DNA of 64,000 nt from an uncultured Bacteroidota bacterium (GTDB taxonomy: Bacteria; Bacteroidota; Bacteroidia; Flavobacteriales; Flavobacteriaceae): positions 19,458-83,457 of the forward strand of contig CABZIT010000001.1 in NCBI GenBank assembly GCA_902525795.1, in the 5' to 3' direction. Shown here one piece after another: positions 44,905-55,578 of the stretch. The notes beneath the pieces are model-generated. The model saw nothing but the letters and a program-made list of their open reading frames with translations, ran no database searches and had not been told where the DNA came from. How positions within the stretch are numbered: position 1 is the first letter of the stretch; the number at the start of each line of letters is the position of its first letter. The position numbers were made by a program, and so were the translations under genes.

Positions 44905-46479
44905 ATGGCCGAAGTGAATCCAGCTGAGATTTCAGCTATATTAAAAAAACAACTTAAAGATTTTGATTCCTCCTCGTCTTTAAATGAAATAGGAAGTGTA
45001 TTGACCGTTGGGGATGGTATCGCAAGAGCATATGGTCTCTCGAATGCTCAGTATGGTGAGCTTGTTGAGTTTTCCAATGGCACACAAGGAATTGTATTAA
45101 ATTTGGAGGAGGATAATGTTGGTATAGTACTCCTGGGATCTTCTACTGACATTAAGGAAGGAGATACGGTTAAAAGAACATCTACGATTGCCTCAGTTAA
45201 AGTAGGTGAAGGTATTGTGGGAAGAGTAGTTGACACTCTCGGAAATCCTATTGACGGCAAAGGGGCATTAAAAGGGGATTTGTATGAAATGCCTTTAGAA
45301 AGAAAAGCGCCAGGTGTAATTTTTAGACAGCCAGTTAATGAGCCTTTACAAACTGGTATCAAGTCAGTTGATGCTATGATACCAATTGGAAGAGGTCAAA
45401 GAGAGCTTGTAATTGGAGATCGTCAGACAGGAAAAACAACTGTTTGTATTGATACAATTTTAAATCAGAAAGAATTTTATGATGCAGGAGAACCTGTTTA
45501 TTGTATTTATGTAGCTGTCGGACAGAAAGCTTCTACCGTTGCAGGAATAGCAAAAATTTTAGAAGATAAAGGAGCCTTAGCATATACTACAATTGTTGCC
45601 GCAAATGCATCTGATCCTGCTGCGATGCAAGTATATGCCCCTTTTACTGGAGCATCAATTGGAGAATATTTCAGAGATACTGGTCGACCTGCTTTAATAA
45701 TATATGATGACCTTTCAAAACAGGCAGTTGCATATAGAGAAATATCTTTATTATTAAGAAGACCACCTGGAAGGGAAGCATATCCTGGGGATGTTTTTTA
45801 TCTTCACTCAAGGCTTCTAGAGAGAGCAGCTAAAGTAATTAATGACGACGACATTGCTAAAGAAATGAATGATCTCCCAGAATCATTAAAATCAATTGTA
45901 AAAGGAGGGGGGTCTTTGACAGCACTCCCAATTATTGAAACTCAAGCGGGAGATGTTTCTGCATATATACCAACCAATGTTATATCAATTACAGATGGAC
46001 AAATATTTTTAGAATCAGACTTATTTAATTCTGGGGTTCGGCCAGCCATTAATGTTGGAATTTCAGTATCAAGGGTTGGGGGATCAGCACAGATAAAATC
46101 AATGAAGAAAGTTTCAGGAACTTTAAAATTGGATCAAGCTCAGTTCAGAGAATTAGAAGCATTTGCAAAGTTTGGATCTGACTTGGATGCAGCAACGCTA
46201 AATGTAATTGAAAAGGGTAAAAGAAATGTTGAAATATTGAAGCAAGCTCAAAACGATCCTTTTAAAGTTGAAGATCAAGTTGCAATTATATATGTAGGAT
46301 CAAAAAATTTGTTGAGAGATATTCCTGTGGAAAGAATTAAGGATTTTGAATCCGAATACATAAGAGTTTTGAACGAAAAACATAAAAAAGTTTTATCAAC
46401 CATCAAACAAGGAAAGCTTACTGATGATGTGGCTAAAACATTAGAAAAAGTTTGTGCAGAATTAGCAGAAACATTTTAG
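44905..46479 (+). CDS. atpA: F0F1 ATP synthase subunit alpha
   Basis: Walker [50 protein letters not shown]. Confidence 0.97.
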   Translation: MAEVNPAEISAILKKQLKDFDSSSSLNEIGSVLTVGDGIARAYGLSNAQYGELVEFSNGTQGIVLNLEEDNVGIVLLGSSTDIKEGDTVKRTSTIASVKVGEGIVGRVVDTLGNPIDGKGALKGDLYEMPLERKAPGVIFRQPVNEPLQTGIKSVDAMIPIGRGQRELVIGDRQTGKTTVCIDTILNQKEFYDAGEPVYCIYVAVGQKASTVAGIAKILEDKGALAYTTIVAANASDPAAMQVYAPFTGASIGEYFRDTGRPALIIYDDLSKQAVAYREISLLLRRPPGREAYPGDVFYLHSRLLERAAKVINDDDIAKEMNDLPESLKSIVKGGGSLTALPIIETQAGDVSAYIPTNVISITDGQIFLESDLFNSGVRPAINVGISVSRVGGSAQIKSMKKVSGTLKLDQAQFRELEAFAKFGSDLDAATLNVIEKGKRNVEILKQAQNDPFKVEDQVAIIYVGSKNLLRDIPVERIKDFESEYIRVLNEKHKKVLSTIKQGKLTDDVAKTLEKVCAELAETF

Positions 46480-46482
46480 TAG

Positions 46483-47337
46483 ATGGCAAATTTAAAAGAA
46501 ATAAGAAACAGAATAGGATCAGTATCTTCCACGATGCAGATTACTAGTGCTATGAAAATGGTTTCTGCAGCTAAATTAAAAAAGGCTCAAGACGCAATAA
46601 CAGCAATGAGGCCGTATTCTAACAAGCTTACTCAAATGTTAGTTAATTTATCTTCATCTATTGACTTTGAAAATATTTTTTTAAAACCCAGAAAAGCAGA
46701 GAACTTATTGGTGGTTTGTATCACCTCAAACAGAGGATTATGCGGAGCGTTTAATTCCAATATAATTAAAAAATGCTTTGACTTAGCAGACAACCATGAA
46801 GGAAATACCAGTTTTTTTTGCATAGGCAAAAAGGGGGTAGATATTTTATCAAAAAATCATAGTGTCATAGACTCAAATAATGAAATATTTGATGAACTTT
46901 CCTTTGAAAAAGCTTCCTTAATTGCTGAAGTATTAATGAAAAAGTTTACCGATAAAGAGGTTGACAGAATACAGATTGTGTACAATAAGTTTAAAAATGC
47001 TGCTACACAAATTGTAATGCAGGAACAATATCTCCCAATCGAAAATACTATTACTGAGAACAATCAACAAGAGTCGCCTGATTACATTTTTGAGCCTTCT
47101 CAAGCGGAAATTATTTCAGAACTAATTCCTAAATCCCTAAAAACACAGCTCTTTAAGTCTATTAGGGATTCTTATGCTTCTGAGCATGGAGCTAGAATGA
47201 CTGCAATGCATAAAGCTACAGATAATGCGACCGAGCTTAGAGATCAGTTAAAACTTACATATAACAAAGCCAGACAAGCAGCTATAACTAATGAAATATT
47301 AGAAATTGTTGGAGGTGCTGAGGCTTTAAATAGCTAG
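46483..47337 (+). CDS. atpG: F0F1 ATP synthase subunit gamma
   Basis: MANLKEIRNRI.SV.ST.QITSAMKMVSAAKL at the N-terminus. The C-terminus is ARQAAITNEILEIVGGAEAL. Confidence 0.95.
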   Translation: MANLKEIRNRIGSVSSTMQITSAMKMVSAAKLKKAQDAITAMRPYSNKLTQMLVNLSSSIDFENIFLKPRKAENLLVVCITSNRGLCGAFNSNIIKKCFDLADNHEGNTSFFCIGKKGVDILSKNHSVIDSNNEIFDELSFEKASLIAEVLMKKFTDKEVDRIQIVYNKFKNAATQIVMQEQYLPIENTITENNQQESPDYIFEPSQAEIISELIPKSLKTQLFKSIRDSYASEHGARMTAMHKATDNATELRDQLKLTYNKARQAAITNEILEIVGGAEALNS

Positions 47338-47402
47338 TTGATTACTAACCACCTTGTTTTCCAAGCTTTATTAGTTTATTTTTAAACCTAAATTCATCAA
47401 GC

Positions 47403-48869
47403 TTGCAAAAATTCATTGAATTATTTAAGCAGACATTCATTTACGGAATTGCCACAGTATTTCCTAGACTAATAAGTGTTATTCTTGTACGAATTCACAC
47501 GGATAAAAGTGTTATTAGTGAAGTTGCAGAGTTCGGAACATTGTCTTTGATTTTTTCTTATATAATTTTATTCAATGTTGTTCTTTCTTACGGGATGGAG
47601 ACCTCCTTCTTTAGGTTTTATAATTCCGAAAAAAACAAGGATGATGTATTAAGCACATCAGCTATTTCGATTGTATTTACCTCCATTATTTTTATGTGTT
47701 TTTTTAGCATATTTAAATTAAATATTTCAGAGTTTTTACAAATTGACGTAAAATACTTAAATATAGTGATGTGGATTTTAGTTGTAGATGTTTTGACTGT
47801 AATTCCTTTGGCATATTTAAGGCTAAGACAAAGAGCAGTAAAATACTCTATGATTAAAATAATCAATATATGTGTTTATTTTTTTCTAAATATTTTTCTC
47901 TTAATCTTTTTAAAGGACTTGGCAGCAAATAGCCCAATTTTTAAAAAGATTTACATAGAAAATTATGAGGTTGCTTACATATTTATTGCAAATCTTTTTG
48001 CAAGTATAGCGTCATTCCTTTTAGTCATTCCATTTTACTTTAAGATAAAATATCGGGCAAATATTAATCTTTTGAAAAAAATGTTAGTCTATGCTTTTCC
48101 CATATTAGTTTCTGGTCTAGCATTTACGGTTAATGAAACATTTGATAAAATTTTATTAGACTTTTTACTTCCTGAGTCTATTGCTAAAACTCAAATTGGC
48201 ATGTATTCAGCGTGTTATAAGCTAGCTATTTTTATGATGTTATTTTCAACAGCTTATAAGTTAGCAATTGAGCCCTTTTTCTTCAGTGAGGCTGAAAAGA
48301 AGGATCCGCAGAAAAAATACGCTTTAGTTTTAGAAACATTTGTTATTCTTGGATCATCAATTTTAGTTTTGATTGTTGTTTCTTTAGATCTACTTAAAGA
48401 AATTTTTATAGGAGATGAAGAATATTGGAAGGCTATGTACATAGTTCCAATTATTTTAATTGCAAACTTTTGTTTAGGAATTTATCAAAATCTCTCTGTT
48501 TGGTATAAGGTTACTGACAAAACTAAATTTGCTGCTTATATCTCTGTATTTGGTGCGTTTTTAACTTTATTGATAAACTTTCTAATGATTCCAAGGTTTG
48601 GTTTTTTTGGTTCAGCTATTGCCACTTTAGTGGCATATTTCTCAATGATGACATTGTCTTACTTTATTGGGAAAAGATATTATCCAATTCCCTACAATAT
48701 GTATAAAATTATATTTTATTTTATTATTTCAGTATTGATATCTTTAGTTTCATTTTATGGCTTTAGAGATAATCTACAAATAGGTATTTTATGTGTTTTA
48801 ACAATGAATCTTATAATTTTTATACTTGAGAAAAAAAGAATTTATGCTTTATTTACACTTTTAAGATGA
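47403..48869 (+). CDS. MOP/PST-family oligosaccharide flippase (polysaccharide biosynthesis protein)
   Basis: A 488-aa protein with ~14 TM segments and PST-type segments ([23 protein letters not shown]). It is a second flippase outside the polysaccharide island. TTG start. Confidence 0.7.
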   Translation: MQKFIELFKQTFIYGIATVFPRLISVILVRIHTDKSVISEVAEFGTLSLIFSYIILFNVVLSYGMETSFFRFYNSEKNKDDVLSTSAISIVFTSIIFMCFFSIFKLNISEFLQIDVKYLNIVMWILVVDVLTVIPLAYLRLRQRAVKYSMIKIINICVYFFLNIFLLIFLKDLAANSPIFKKIYIENYEVAYIFIANLFASIASFLLVIPFYFKIKYRANINLLKKMLVYAFPILVSGLAFTVNETFDKILLDFLLPESIAKTQIGMYSACYKLAIFMMLFSTAYKLAIEPFFFSEAEKKDPQKKYALVLETFVILGSSILVLIVVSLDLLKEIFIGDEEYWKAMYIVPIILIANFCLGIYQNLSVWYKVTDKTKFAAYISVFGAFLTLLINFLMIPRFGFFGSAIATLVAYFSMMTLSYFIGKRYYPIPYNMYKIIFYFIISVLISLVSFYGFRDNLQIGILCVLTMNLIIFILEKKRIYALFTLLR

Positions 48870-49297
48870 TAATTGATATTGTTAACAAATCGAATAATGA
48901 TTTACCTAAGTATGAGACAGAACAATCTGCTGGAATGGATCTCAAGGCATTTTTGTCAGAATCCATCCTTATTAAACCTTTAGAAAGGAAAGCAATAAAA
49001 ACGGGTTTATTCATTTCACTAGAGAAGGGATATGAAGCACAAATTAGACCTAGAAGTGGTTTGGCTTTAAAAAAAGGAATTACTGTTTTGAACTCTCCAG
49101 GTACTATAGATGCTGACTACAGAGGAGAAATTACAGTTGTATTGGTTAACCTCTCATCAGAAAATTTTGAAATTAGCTCAGGAGATAGAATTGCGCAAAT
49201 GGTTGTAGCCAAACATGAAGCTATTTCATGGAGTTCAAAATTCAGCCTTGACAAATCTGACAGAGGAGAAAGGGGCTTTGGAAGTACAGGAATTTAG
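48866..49297 (+). CDS. dut: dUTP diphosphatase
   Basis: [31 protein letters not shown] and the C-terminal [14 protein letters not shown] overlap upstream. Confidence 0.95.
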   Translation: MIIDIVNKSNNDLPKYETEQSAGMDLKAFLSESILIKPLERKAIKTGLFISLEKGYEAQIRPRSGLALKKGITVLNSPGTIDADYRGEITVVLVNLSSENFEISSGDRIAQMVVAKHEAISWSSKFSLDKSDRGERGFGSTGI

Positions 49298-49304
49298 AAG
49301 AATA

Positions 49305-50048
49305 ATGAGAAACTATATCATACTATTTATCGTACTATTTACCTGCTCTTGCTCAGTAAAAAAAAATGTATTGCCAGGTGAAATAAAAAAATATTCAGCT
49401 AAGAAAGTATTGCGAAATGCAAATAAAACTATAAAGAATTTCAAAAACTTACAGACCAAGGCGAGAGTTACTGTTACTAATAATGGAAGAGATAAATCTA
49501 ATAATTTAAGTATCAGAATTTCAAAAGACCAAAAACTTTGGGCAAATGCTGCATTGGGTGCTATGCGTTTTCTCATAGACAAGGATTCCGTTAAATTCTA
49601 TAATAAATTAAAAAAAGAATATTTAATTTCTGATTTCCGTTATTTCAATCAAGAGGTAGGTTTAGATGTTGATTTTAAAATATTACAAAGACTGCTATTA
49701 GGTGAACTTGTTCCAGGCATTAGCTTTAAGGATTATATAGGCGAGTCAGAATTTGGCTATTCTTTTAAAACTTCAGTAGATTTTTTAAACAAAAGCACGG
49801 AGGTTTTAGTTACTTTAAGCCCATATAATTTCAATGTGCTAAGCTATATCTTTGATGATGGTGTTAATAAAATTTATCTTTCCTATGACTTATTTAATTC
49901 AATAAATGGTAGTCAATTTCCAACTCAAATTAGATTATTTAAGAATGGAGAAATTCTATTTAAAATTGAATTTAGATCCTTAAGTTTAGTGGATAAAATC
50001 AATATGCCGTTTAAAATTCCGAATAACTACAAAGCTATTTTGCAGTAA
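49305..50048 (+). CDS. DUF4292-like lipoprotein
   Basis: The ATG at 49305 gives a lipoprotein signal (MRNYIILFIVLFTCSC). The track start 49215 would overlap dut by 83 nt. The dut / DUF4292 / EnvC-like gene order is common in Flavobacteriia as I recall. Confidence 0.55.
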   Translation: MRNYIILFIVLFTCSCSVKKNVLPGEIKKYSAKKVLRNANKTIKNFKNLQTKARVTVTNNGRDKSNNLSIRISKDQKLWANAALGAMRFLIDKDSVKFYNKLKKEYLISDFRYFNQEVGLDVDFKILQRLLLGELVPGISFKDYIGESEFGYSFKTSVDFLNKSTEVLVTLSPYNFNVLSYIFDDGVNKIYLSYDLFNSINGSQFPTQIRLFKNGEILFKIEFRSLSLVDKINMPFKIPNNYKAILQ

Positions 50049-51238
50049 TGAAGAATGTAATTACTATTTTAATAATTGTTTTTGCATTTTGTTACGAAGG
50101 CGTTGCTCAAAATAGATCAAATTTAGAGAAACAAAAAAAAGAGTTATTGACCGAAATTGCAAACATTCAAAATAAGCTATCTAACTCAAAAAAAGAAAAA
50201 AAACTTATTCTCTCAAATGTAGAAGACGTAAAATACAAAACTAGTTTACAAGAGAGGCTAATAGAAAACATTAATGATCAGTTGAATCTAATTGTTTTAA
50301 ATATTGATCAAAATGAAATAGAGCTCAAAAGGTTAAGAGATAAAGAAATTTCACTGAAAGACGAACTTTCTAAAATGATACTCAAAACTTACAAAAGCAA
50401 GTCAAGTTTAAACAAAATAAAATATATTTTTTCTTCATCATCATTTTACCAGGCATTTAAACGTATTCAATATTTTAAACAATATGCAAATTATCAGTCT
50501 AAAACATTATCTAGATTAGACGTTACAAAGTCGGAAATTAATAAAACAATTGTTTTGTTGGATTCACAAAAAACAGAAAAGCAGCTTTTAATAAAAGAAA
50601 ATAAACTAATAAGGAAAGAATTGAATGTGGAGCTTTTGAGTTTAAATCAATTAGTTTCTCGCATTAATCAAAATCAAAAGGAGTATGCTCAACAAATAAA
50701 TTCTAAACAGAAATTGTCTAGGGAAATTGACGCTAAGATTCAAAAAATTATTGCTGATGCTTTAGCAAAATCTAAAAGAAATGAAAAAGGGTTTGAATTA
50801 ACAGCTGAGGCAAAGTTAATTTCTAAGAACTTTAATGCTAACAAAGGAAAATTACCTTGGCCTGTGGAGAAAGGTTATGTGGTTCTTGGCTTTGGAAAGC
50901 AACCACACCCTATTGTAAAAACAGCTACAATTCAAAGTAATGGAGTAAGAATAAGAACCTCAGAAAATTCTTATGCAAGATCAATTTTTGAGGGTAATGT
51001 TTACTCAGTTATTTTATCTAAAAACAATTTATATACAATTCTAATCCAGCATGGCAGTTTTTTTACGGCCTATAAAAACCTTGAAATAATTTTTGTCAAA
51101 AAAGGGGAAAAGGTTAAGCTAAAGCAGAAAATAGGTGTGATTTCAACAGATAAAATTACAAAACAAACAGTTTTAAGTTTTAGTATTTTTAAAGAAGGAG
51201 TTCCTCAAAATCCGGGGGTCTGGATTTACAAAATGTAG
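50048..51238 (+). CDS. EnvC-like murein hydrolase activator (coiled coil + degenerate LytM/M23 domain)
   Basis: Signal peptide, ~230 aa of coiled coil (LEKQKKELLTEIANIQNKL...), then a C-terminal LytM fold. The metal-binding HxH is replaced (LSFSIFKEG where an active M23 has HLHFE). Confidence 0.75.
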   Translation: MKNVITILIIVFAFCYEGVAQNRSNLEKQKKELLTEIANIQNKLSNSKKEKKLILSNVEDVKYKTSLQERLIENINDQLNLIVLNIDQNEIELKRLRDKEISLKDELSKMILKTYKSKSSLNKIKYIFSSSSFYQAFKRIQYFKQYANYQSKTLSRLDVTKSEINKTIVLLDSQKTEKQLLIKENKLIRKELNVELLSLNQLVSRINQNQKEYAQQINSKQKLSREIDAKIQKIIADALAKSKRNEKGFELTAEAKLISKNFNANKGKLPWPVEKGYVVLGFGKQPHPIVKTATIQSNGVRIRTSENSYARSIFEGNVYSVILSKNNLYTILIQHGSFFTAYKNLEIIFVKKGEKVKLKQKIGVISTDKITKQTVLSFSIFKEGVPQNPGVWIYKM

Positions 51239-51751
51239 TTAGTAGAATAATGCTTTTAGCTCAGTAGCTTCGTTAACACTCAATTTACCAGCGAGAACTA
51301 AGCTAAGTTGTTTTCTTCTAAGTGCCGCTTCATATCTTTGTATCTCAAGCTTAGTTTCTGGAAAAATTTTGTCAATTTTTACAGGTCTTCCAGTTTTGTC
51401 TACAGCAACAAATGTATAGATCGCTTCATTTGCTTTTATTTTTTCTCCATTCTCATTATCAATCCAAACATCCATGTATACTTCCATGGAAGAATTAAAT
51501 GCCCTTGACACTTTTGCCTCGATAGTTACTGTACTTCCAAGTGGAATTGGCATTCCAAAAGAAACATTGTTGACTGATGATGTTACAACAAACTGTTTAG
51601 AGTGCCTTTTAGCTGAAATTGCAGCCGCCCTATCCATTCTTGCAAGAAGCTCTCCTCCAAATAAATTATTTATTGCATTTGTTTCACCAGGCAAAACAGT
51701 GTCTGTGAGGATGGTTAAAGAATCTGTCGGGGTTTTTCTCTTTACAGGCAT
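51239..51751 (-). CDS. Acyl-CoA thioesterase (hotdog fold, YciA-like)
   Basis: VLPGETNAINNLFGGELLARMDRAAAISAKRHS is typical of the 4HBT/YciA thioesterase family; 170 aa. Confidence 0.85.
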   Translation of the reverse strand: MPVKRKTPTDSLTILTDTVLPGETNAINNLFGGELLARMDRAAAISAKRHSKQFVVTSSVNNVSFGMPIPLGSTVTIEAKVSRAFNSSMEVYMDVWIDNENGEKIKANEAIYTFVAVDKTGRPVKIDKIFPETKLEIQRYEAALRRKQLSLVLAGKLSVNEATELKALFY

Positions 51752-51762
51752 TTCAGGCTAAC

Positions 51763-52644
51763 CTAATTTTTTATTAGAAGCCAAGCATTTTCATCTTGGG
51801 AGTCTCTCAGCAGCTCAAGGGCAGCCCTTGCCTGTTCAACAGAATCATAACTGTTGTAAGCAACCTGAATTAATCCGTATTGGTTAACACCAACTTTTCT
51901 AGCCTCCATAAAACCTTTTTTTTGTAGCAGGTCAATCATTTTTAATGAGTTTTCTTCAAATCTAAATGATCCAGCAATTATATGGAAATTCCCATATTTT
52001 TTTTCGATAGGTAAAGTCACTAATGGAACAGCTGGGCTTATGTTAAAAGTTGCTCTTTGAATTTTTTTATTGATTTCTTTGCTTGCAATTGAGTATGAAT
52101 TTTCGTTAAAACTTTTTACAGAATCAAAATAAGAGTTTATAGAAATTGCAGAAAAGGAAACAAATAAAATTAAAATTGCAGCATATTTAAGCATTGTACT
52201 GTTAAAAGAAGGCTTAATTACTCTTGTATTATTTATTTCTAAACTATCTACTGCTGACAACCCATATGAGCTCTTTAGAAATATGCTATTTCGGTTTGGT
52301 TCGAAAATAAAATTTTTATCAACTTTTCTTAACAATCCAATATTTTGAAATGAAATACTTTTACCACTGTTAATCTTTTTGTTAATTTTCTTAACCCACG
52401 AATTAATTTTTTTTTCTGACTCTGAGTATGAAATATTTCTTAGATCAGAAATAGTTTTTATCAAGACACCATCATTCTTTTTCAGGTTTTTATTAAATAC
52501 AATTTCTTTATTTGGAGGAAGTAGTTGCGTATGATTTTCACTAAATTTTGCTGAAGTATTTCTACAAACAAAAGACCCAAAATTTGGGATTACAACACAG
52601 TTATATTCTTTTAATAACGGATAAATATGATTGTTGAGCTTCAT
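51763..52644 (-). CDS. SPOR-domain protein with N-terminal HU-like (HU-CCDC81) domain
   Basis: The N-terminus V.IPNFGSFVCR...LLPPNKEIVFN is the HU-CCDC81 type. A mid TM follows, then a C-terminal SPOR repeat (FHIIAGSFRFEENSLKMIDLLQKKGF...AYNSYDSVEQARAAL). Confidence 0.7.
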   Translation of the reverse strand: MKLNNHIYPLLKEYNCVVIPNFGSFVCRNTSAKFSENHTQLLPPNKEIVFNKNLKKNDGVLIKTISDLRNISYSESEKKINSWVKKINKKINSGKSISFQNIGLLRKVDKNFIFEPNRNSIFLKSSYGLSAVDSLEINNTRVIKPSFNSTMLKYAAILILFVSFSAISINSYFDSVKSFNENSYSIASKEINKKIQRATFNISPAVPLVTLPIEKKYGNFHIIAGSFRFEENSLKMIDLLQKKGFMEARKVGVNQYGLIQVAYNSYDSVEQARAALELLRDSQDENAWLLIKN

Positions 52645-52691
52645 GTTGAAATAATATATTTCAATATATAAAAAATATTAAACTCTTTATT

Positions 52692-53672
52692 TTAATATCC
52701 TAATTTTTTACGTACTCTGCTTAAAACTTTATTTGCAGTAGCATTTGCTTTTGTCGCACCAGCTTTTAATATTTTTTCAACTTCGTCAGGGTTAGAAATA
52801 TAATGCTGGTACTTATTTCTTTCAATACTATACTTTTTTAGCAAGAGATCATACAGTTCATTTTTAGCATGACCATACCCATATCCCCCCAACTCATAAT
52901 TTTTCTTCATACACTCAATTTCATTCTTTTTCGCTAGTAGAGCATAGATTTTAAAGAGGTTACAATTTCTCCAATCTTTGGAATCTTCAACTCCCGTGGA
53001 GTCTGTTTTAATAGACATAATCTGTTTTTTTAGAACTTTTTCCTCTGCAAAAATATCAATTATGTTGTTCTTGCTTTTACTCATTTTTGCTCCATCTGTC
53101 CCAGTAACTAATTTTGTTTCATCTTGTAAATGCTCGACAGGCAATGTAAATGTATTTCCAAAAATATTATGGAATCTATTAGCTACATTTCTAGTGATTT
53201 CTAAGTGCTGAAGGTTGTCTTTTCCAACAGGCACTATATCAGCATCATACATTAGTATGTCAGCAGCCATAAGAATGGGATAGTTAAACAGCCCCGCATT
53301 GACATCTTTCAATCTGTCTTTCTTGTCTTTGAAGCTATGGGCTAATGATAGTCTCCCAAATGGAAAAAAACAACTCAAGTACCAAGCCAGCTCAGAAACT
53401 TGTGGAACATCACTTTGTCTATAGAATACGGTTTTGTCAGGATTTAATCCACAAGCTAACCAAGCGGCAGCAGTAGATAACGTATTCCTTTTTAATTCTT
53501 CAGAATTTTTAATTTGAGTCAAAGAGTGAAAATCAGCAATGAACAGAAAGGTTTCAATATTTTCTTTTTTTGAAAAATTGATAGCGGGAATAATAGCCCC
53601 CAAGATATTTCCAAGATGTGGAACTCCTGTGCTTTGAACACCTGTAAGAATTCTCTTTAATTTTTCACTCAT
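52692..53672 (-). CDS. trpS: Tryptophan--tRNA ligase
   Basis: TGVQSTGVPHLGNILGAI (HIGH-type) and KMSKS, with GKDNLQHLEITR; 326 aa. Confidence 0.95.
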   Translation of the reverse strand: MSEKLKRILTGVQSTGVPHLGNILGAIIPAINFSKKENIETFLFIADFHSLTQIKNSEELKRNTLSTAAAWLACGLNPDKTVFYRQSDVPQVSELAWYLSCFFPFGRLSLAHSFKDKKDRLKDVNAGLFNYPILMAADILMYDADIVPVGKDNLQHLEITRNVANRFHNIFGNTFTLPVEHLQDETKLVTGTDGAKMSKSKNNIIDIFAEEKVLKKQIMSIKTDSTGVEDSKDWRNCNLFKIYALLAKKNEIECMKKNYELGGYGYGHAKNELYDLLLKKYSIERNKYQHYISNPDEVEKILKAGATKANATANKVLSRVRKKLGY

Positions 53673-53713
53673 GGAACAAAGTTAAACCTTTTATTAAAAT
53701 AAATTAATTAGTT

Positions 53714-54478
53714 TTGAAACTTGTGAAAGCATTGAAATATATTTTTTGGACCTTTTATAATATATGGTTTTACTTATTGGTGTTAGTTCTTACAATTTTA
53801 ATTTTATTTCCATCATTTTTCTTTGTTGCACTAAACCCAAAATTATTTAAAAGCTTTTCTAAAATAGCTGTATTATGGTCAGATTTAGTTTTATTAGGAA
53901 TGGGGATGTTTCCAAAAATTGAAAGAAAAATTCAATTGCCAAATGAATCTCCTTATATTTTTGTTGCAAATCACGTATCGATGATAGACATCATGTTAAT
54001 GGTCTCATCAATAAGAAGTCATCCCTTAGTTTTTATTGGTAAAAAAGAATTAGAAAAAATTCCCTTTTTTGGCTATATCTATAAAAAAACTATGATTTTA
54101 GTGGATCGATCAAGTAATGAAAGTAAAAAAAATGTATTTCTACAAACAGAAAAAAAATTAAAGGAAGGTATTAGTATAGCAATTTTTCCTGAAGGGACAG
54201 TACCTTCACTGGACGTGACCTTAGGACCGTTTAAACATGGTGCTTTTTCAATAGCAATTGATCACAAAACACCCATCGTTCCCATGACATTTTTAGACAA
54301 TAAGAAAAGGTTCCCATGGAGTTATGGTGGTCTGTTAGCAGGATCAAAGGGAAGCCCAGGTCAATTGAGGGTCAAAATTCACGATCCAATAATTACTAAA
54401 AATATGACTAAAAAAGATGTGAATGCATTATGCAACGAAGTAAGAGATATTATACTTTTAGATTTAGAGACCTCTTAG
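53714..54478 (+). CDS. plsC: 1-acyl-sn-glycerol-3-phosphate acyltransferase (lysophospholipid acyltransferase family)
   Basis: Acyltransferase blocks: NHVSMIDI (HX4D), a [12 protein letters not shown] segment, and IFPEGT. TTG start. Confidence 0.85.
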   Translation: MKLVKALKYIFWTFYNIWFYLLVLVLTILILFPSFFFVALNPKLFKSFSKIAVLWSDLVLLGMGMFPKIERKIQLPNESPYIFVANHVSMIDIMLMVSSIRSHPLVFIGKKELEKIPFFGYIYKKTMILVDRSSNESKKNVFLQTEKKLKEGISIAIFPEGTVPSLDVTLGPFKHGAFSIAIDHKTPIVPMTFLDNKKRFPWSYGGLLAGSKGSPGQLRVKIHDPIITKNMTKKDVNALCNEVRDIILLDLETS

Positions 54479-55467
54479 AAAATTTCTTTCAATTTTTTTT
54501 CTAGTGTTTCACAAAGGTCAGGATTATCCTTAAGCAAAGCTTTTACAGAATCTCTTCCTTGACCTAATTTGGTTCCTTCATAACTAAACCATGATCCACT
54601 TTTGTTAATAATTTCAGCATTAACACTTAGGTCAATTATTTCTCCAACTTTTGAGATACCTTCTCCATACATGATATCAAATTCAGCTAACTTAAATGGT
54701 GGAGCAACTTTATTTTTTACAATTTTGACTCTAGTTTTATTCCCGATTACTGCTCCATCACTGCTTTTGATTTGAGTTGATCTTCGGATATCAATTCTTA
54801 TGGAAGCATAAAACTTAAGTGCATTTCCACCTGTTGTTGTTTCTGGATTTCCAAACATAATTCCAATTTTTTCTCTTAATTGATTGATAAACATCACTGT
54901 GCAATTAGTTTTGCTTATTGATCCTGTAAGTTTTCTTAATGCTTGTGACATCAGTCTTGCATGTAATCCCATTTTTGAGTCACCCATCTCACCTTCAATT
55001 TCACTTTTTGGTGTAAGAGCAGCAACGGAATCGATAATAACCATATCAATTGCACCAGAGCGGATTAAGTTATCTGCGATTTCTAAAGCTTGTTCACCAT
55101 GATCGGGCTGAGAAATTATAAGATTTTCTATATCAACACCTAATTTTTCTGCATAAAACCTGTCAAAGGCATGTTCAGCATCAATGAAAGCAGCTATTCC
55201 TCCCTTTTTTTGACATTCAGCAATAGCGTGTAATGTTAATGTTGTCTTTCCTGAAGATTCAGGCCCATAAATTTCAACGACCCTCCCCTTGGGATAACCG
55301 CCCACTCCGAGAGCTAAGTCAAGCCCAATGGATCCAGATGGTATTGCTTCAACATTTTCATCTGGGCTGTCACCCATTTTCATTACGGTTCCTTTTCCGT
55401 ATGTTTTATCTAGCTTGTCAAGTGTTAATTTTAAGGCTTTAAGTTTGTCTTCTTTTTCGTTCCCCAT
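54475..55467 (-). CDS. recA: Recombinase RecA
   Basis: Walker [28 protein letters not shown] and [10 protein letters not shown]; 330 aa. Confidence 0.97.
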   Translation of the reverse strand: MGNEKEDKLKALKLTLDKLDKTYGKGTVMKMGDSPDENVEAIPSGSIGLDLALGVGGYPKGRVVEIYGPESSGKTTLTLHAIAECQKKGGIAAFIDAEHAFDRFYAEKLGVDIENLIISQPDHGEQALEIADNLIRSGAIDMVIIDSVAALTPKSEIEGEMGDSKMGLHARLMSQALRKLTGSISKTNCTVMFINQLREKIGIMFGNPETTTGGNALKFYASIRIDIRRSTQIKSSDGAVIGNKTRVKIVKNKVAPPFKLAEFDIMYGEGISKVGEIIDLSVNAEIINKSGSWFSYEGTKLGQGRDSVKALLKDNPDLCETLEKKLKEIF

Positions 55468-55548
55468 AGTAGTTAATTTTCGTTACTAATTTATGACATC
55501 TTTTAAGACAATACAATATAAGAAAGGATGATTTTTATCTTTTTTATC

Positions 55549-55556
55549 TACTTTTG
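55549..55556 (+). promoter_or_regulatory. Candidate -7 promoter box (TACTTTTG) for trhO
   Basis: Matches TAnnTTTG, 22 nt upstream of the ATG at 55579. Confidence 0.3.
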
Positions 55557-55578
55557 TTATTAATTAAAATAGTATAGC

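Noticed and set aside
54505-54520. Additional parS-like words (TGTTTCACAAAGGTCA at 54505; GTTTCACG half-site at 56593)
   Set aside because: These are half-site matches only, about 11/16 overall, and the second half of the palindrome is missing. They lie inside or at the ends of coding genes and are likely chance matches.
55468-55578. SOS/LexA operator upstream of recA
   Set aside because: No GAAC/GTTC-type or other inverted repeat is visible in the 111-bp recA-trhO spacer. Only a TAnnTTTG box oriented toward trhO was seen.
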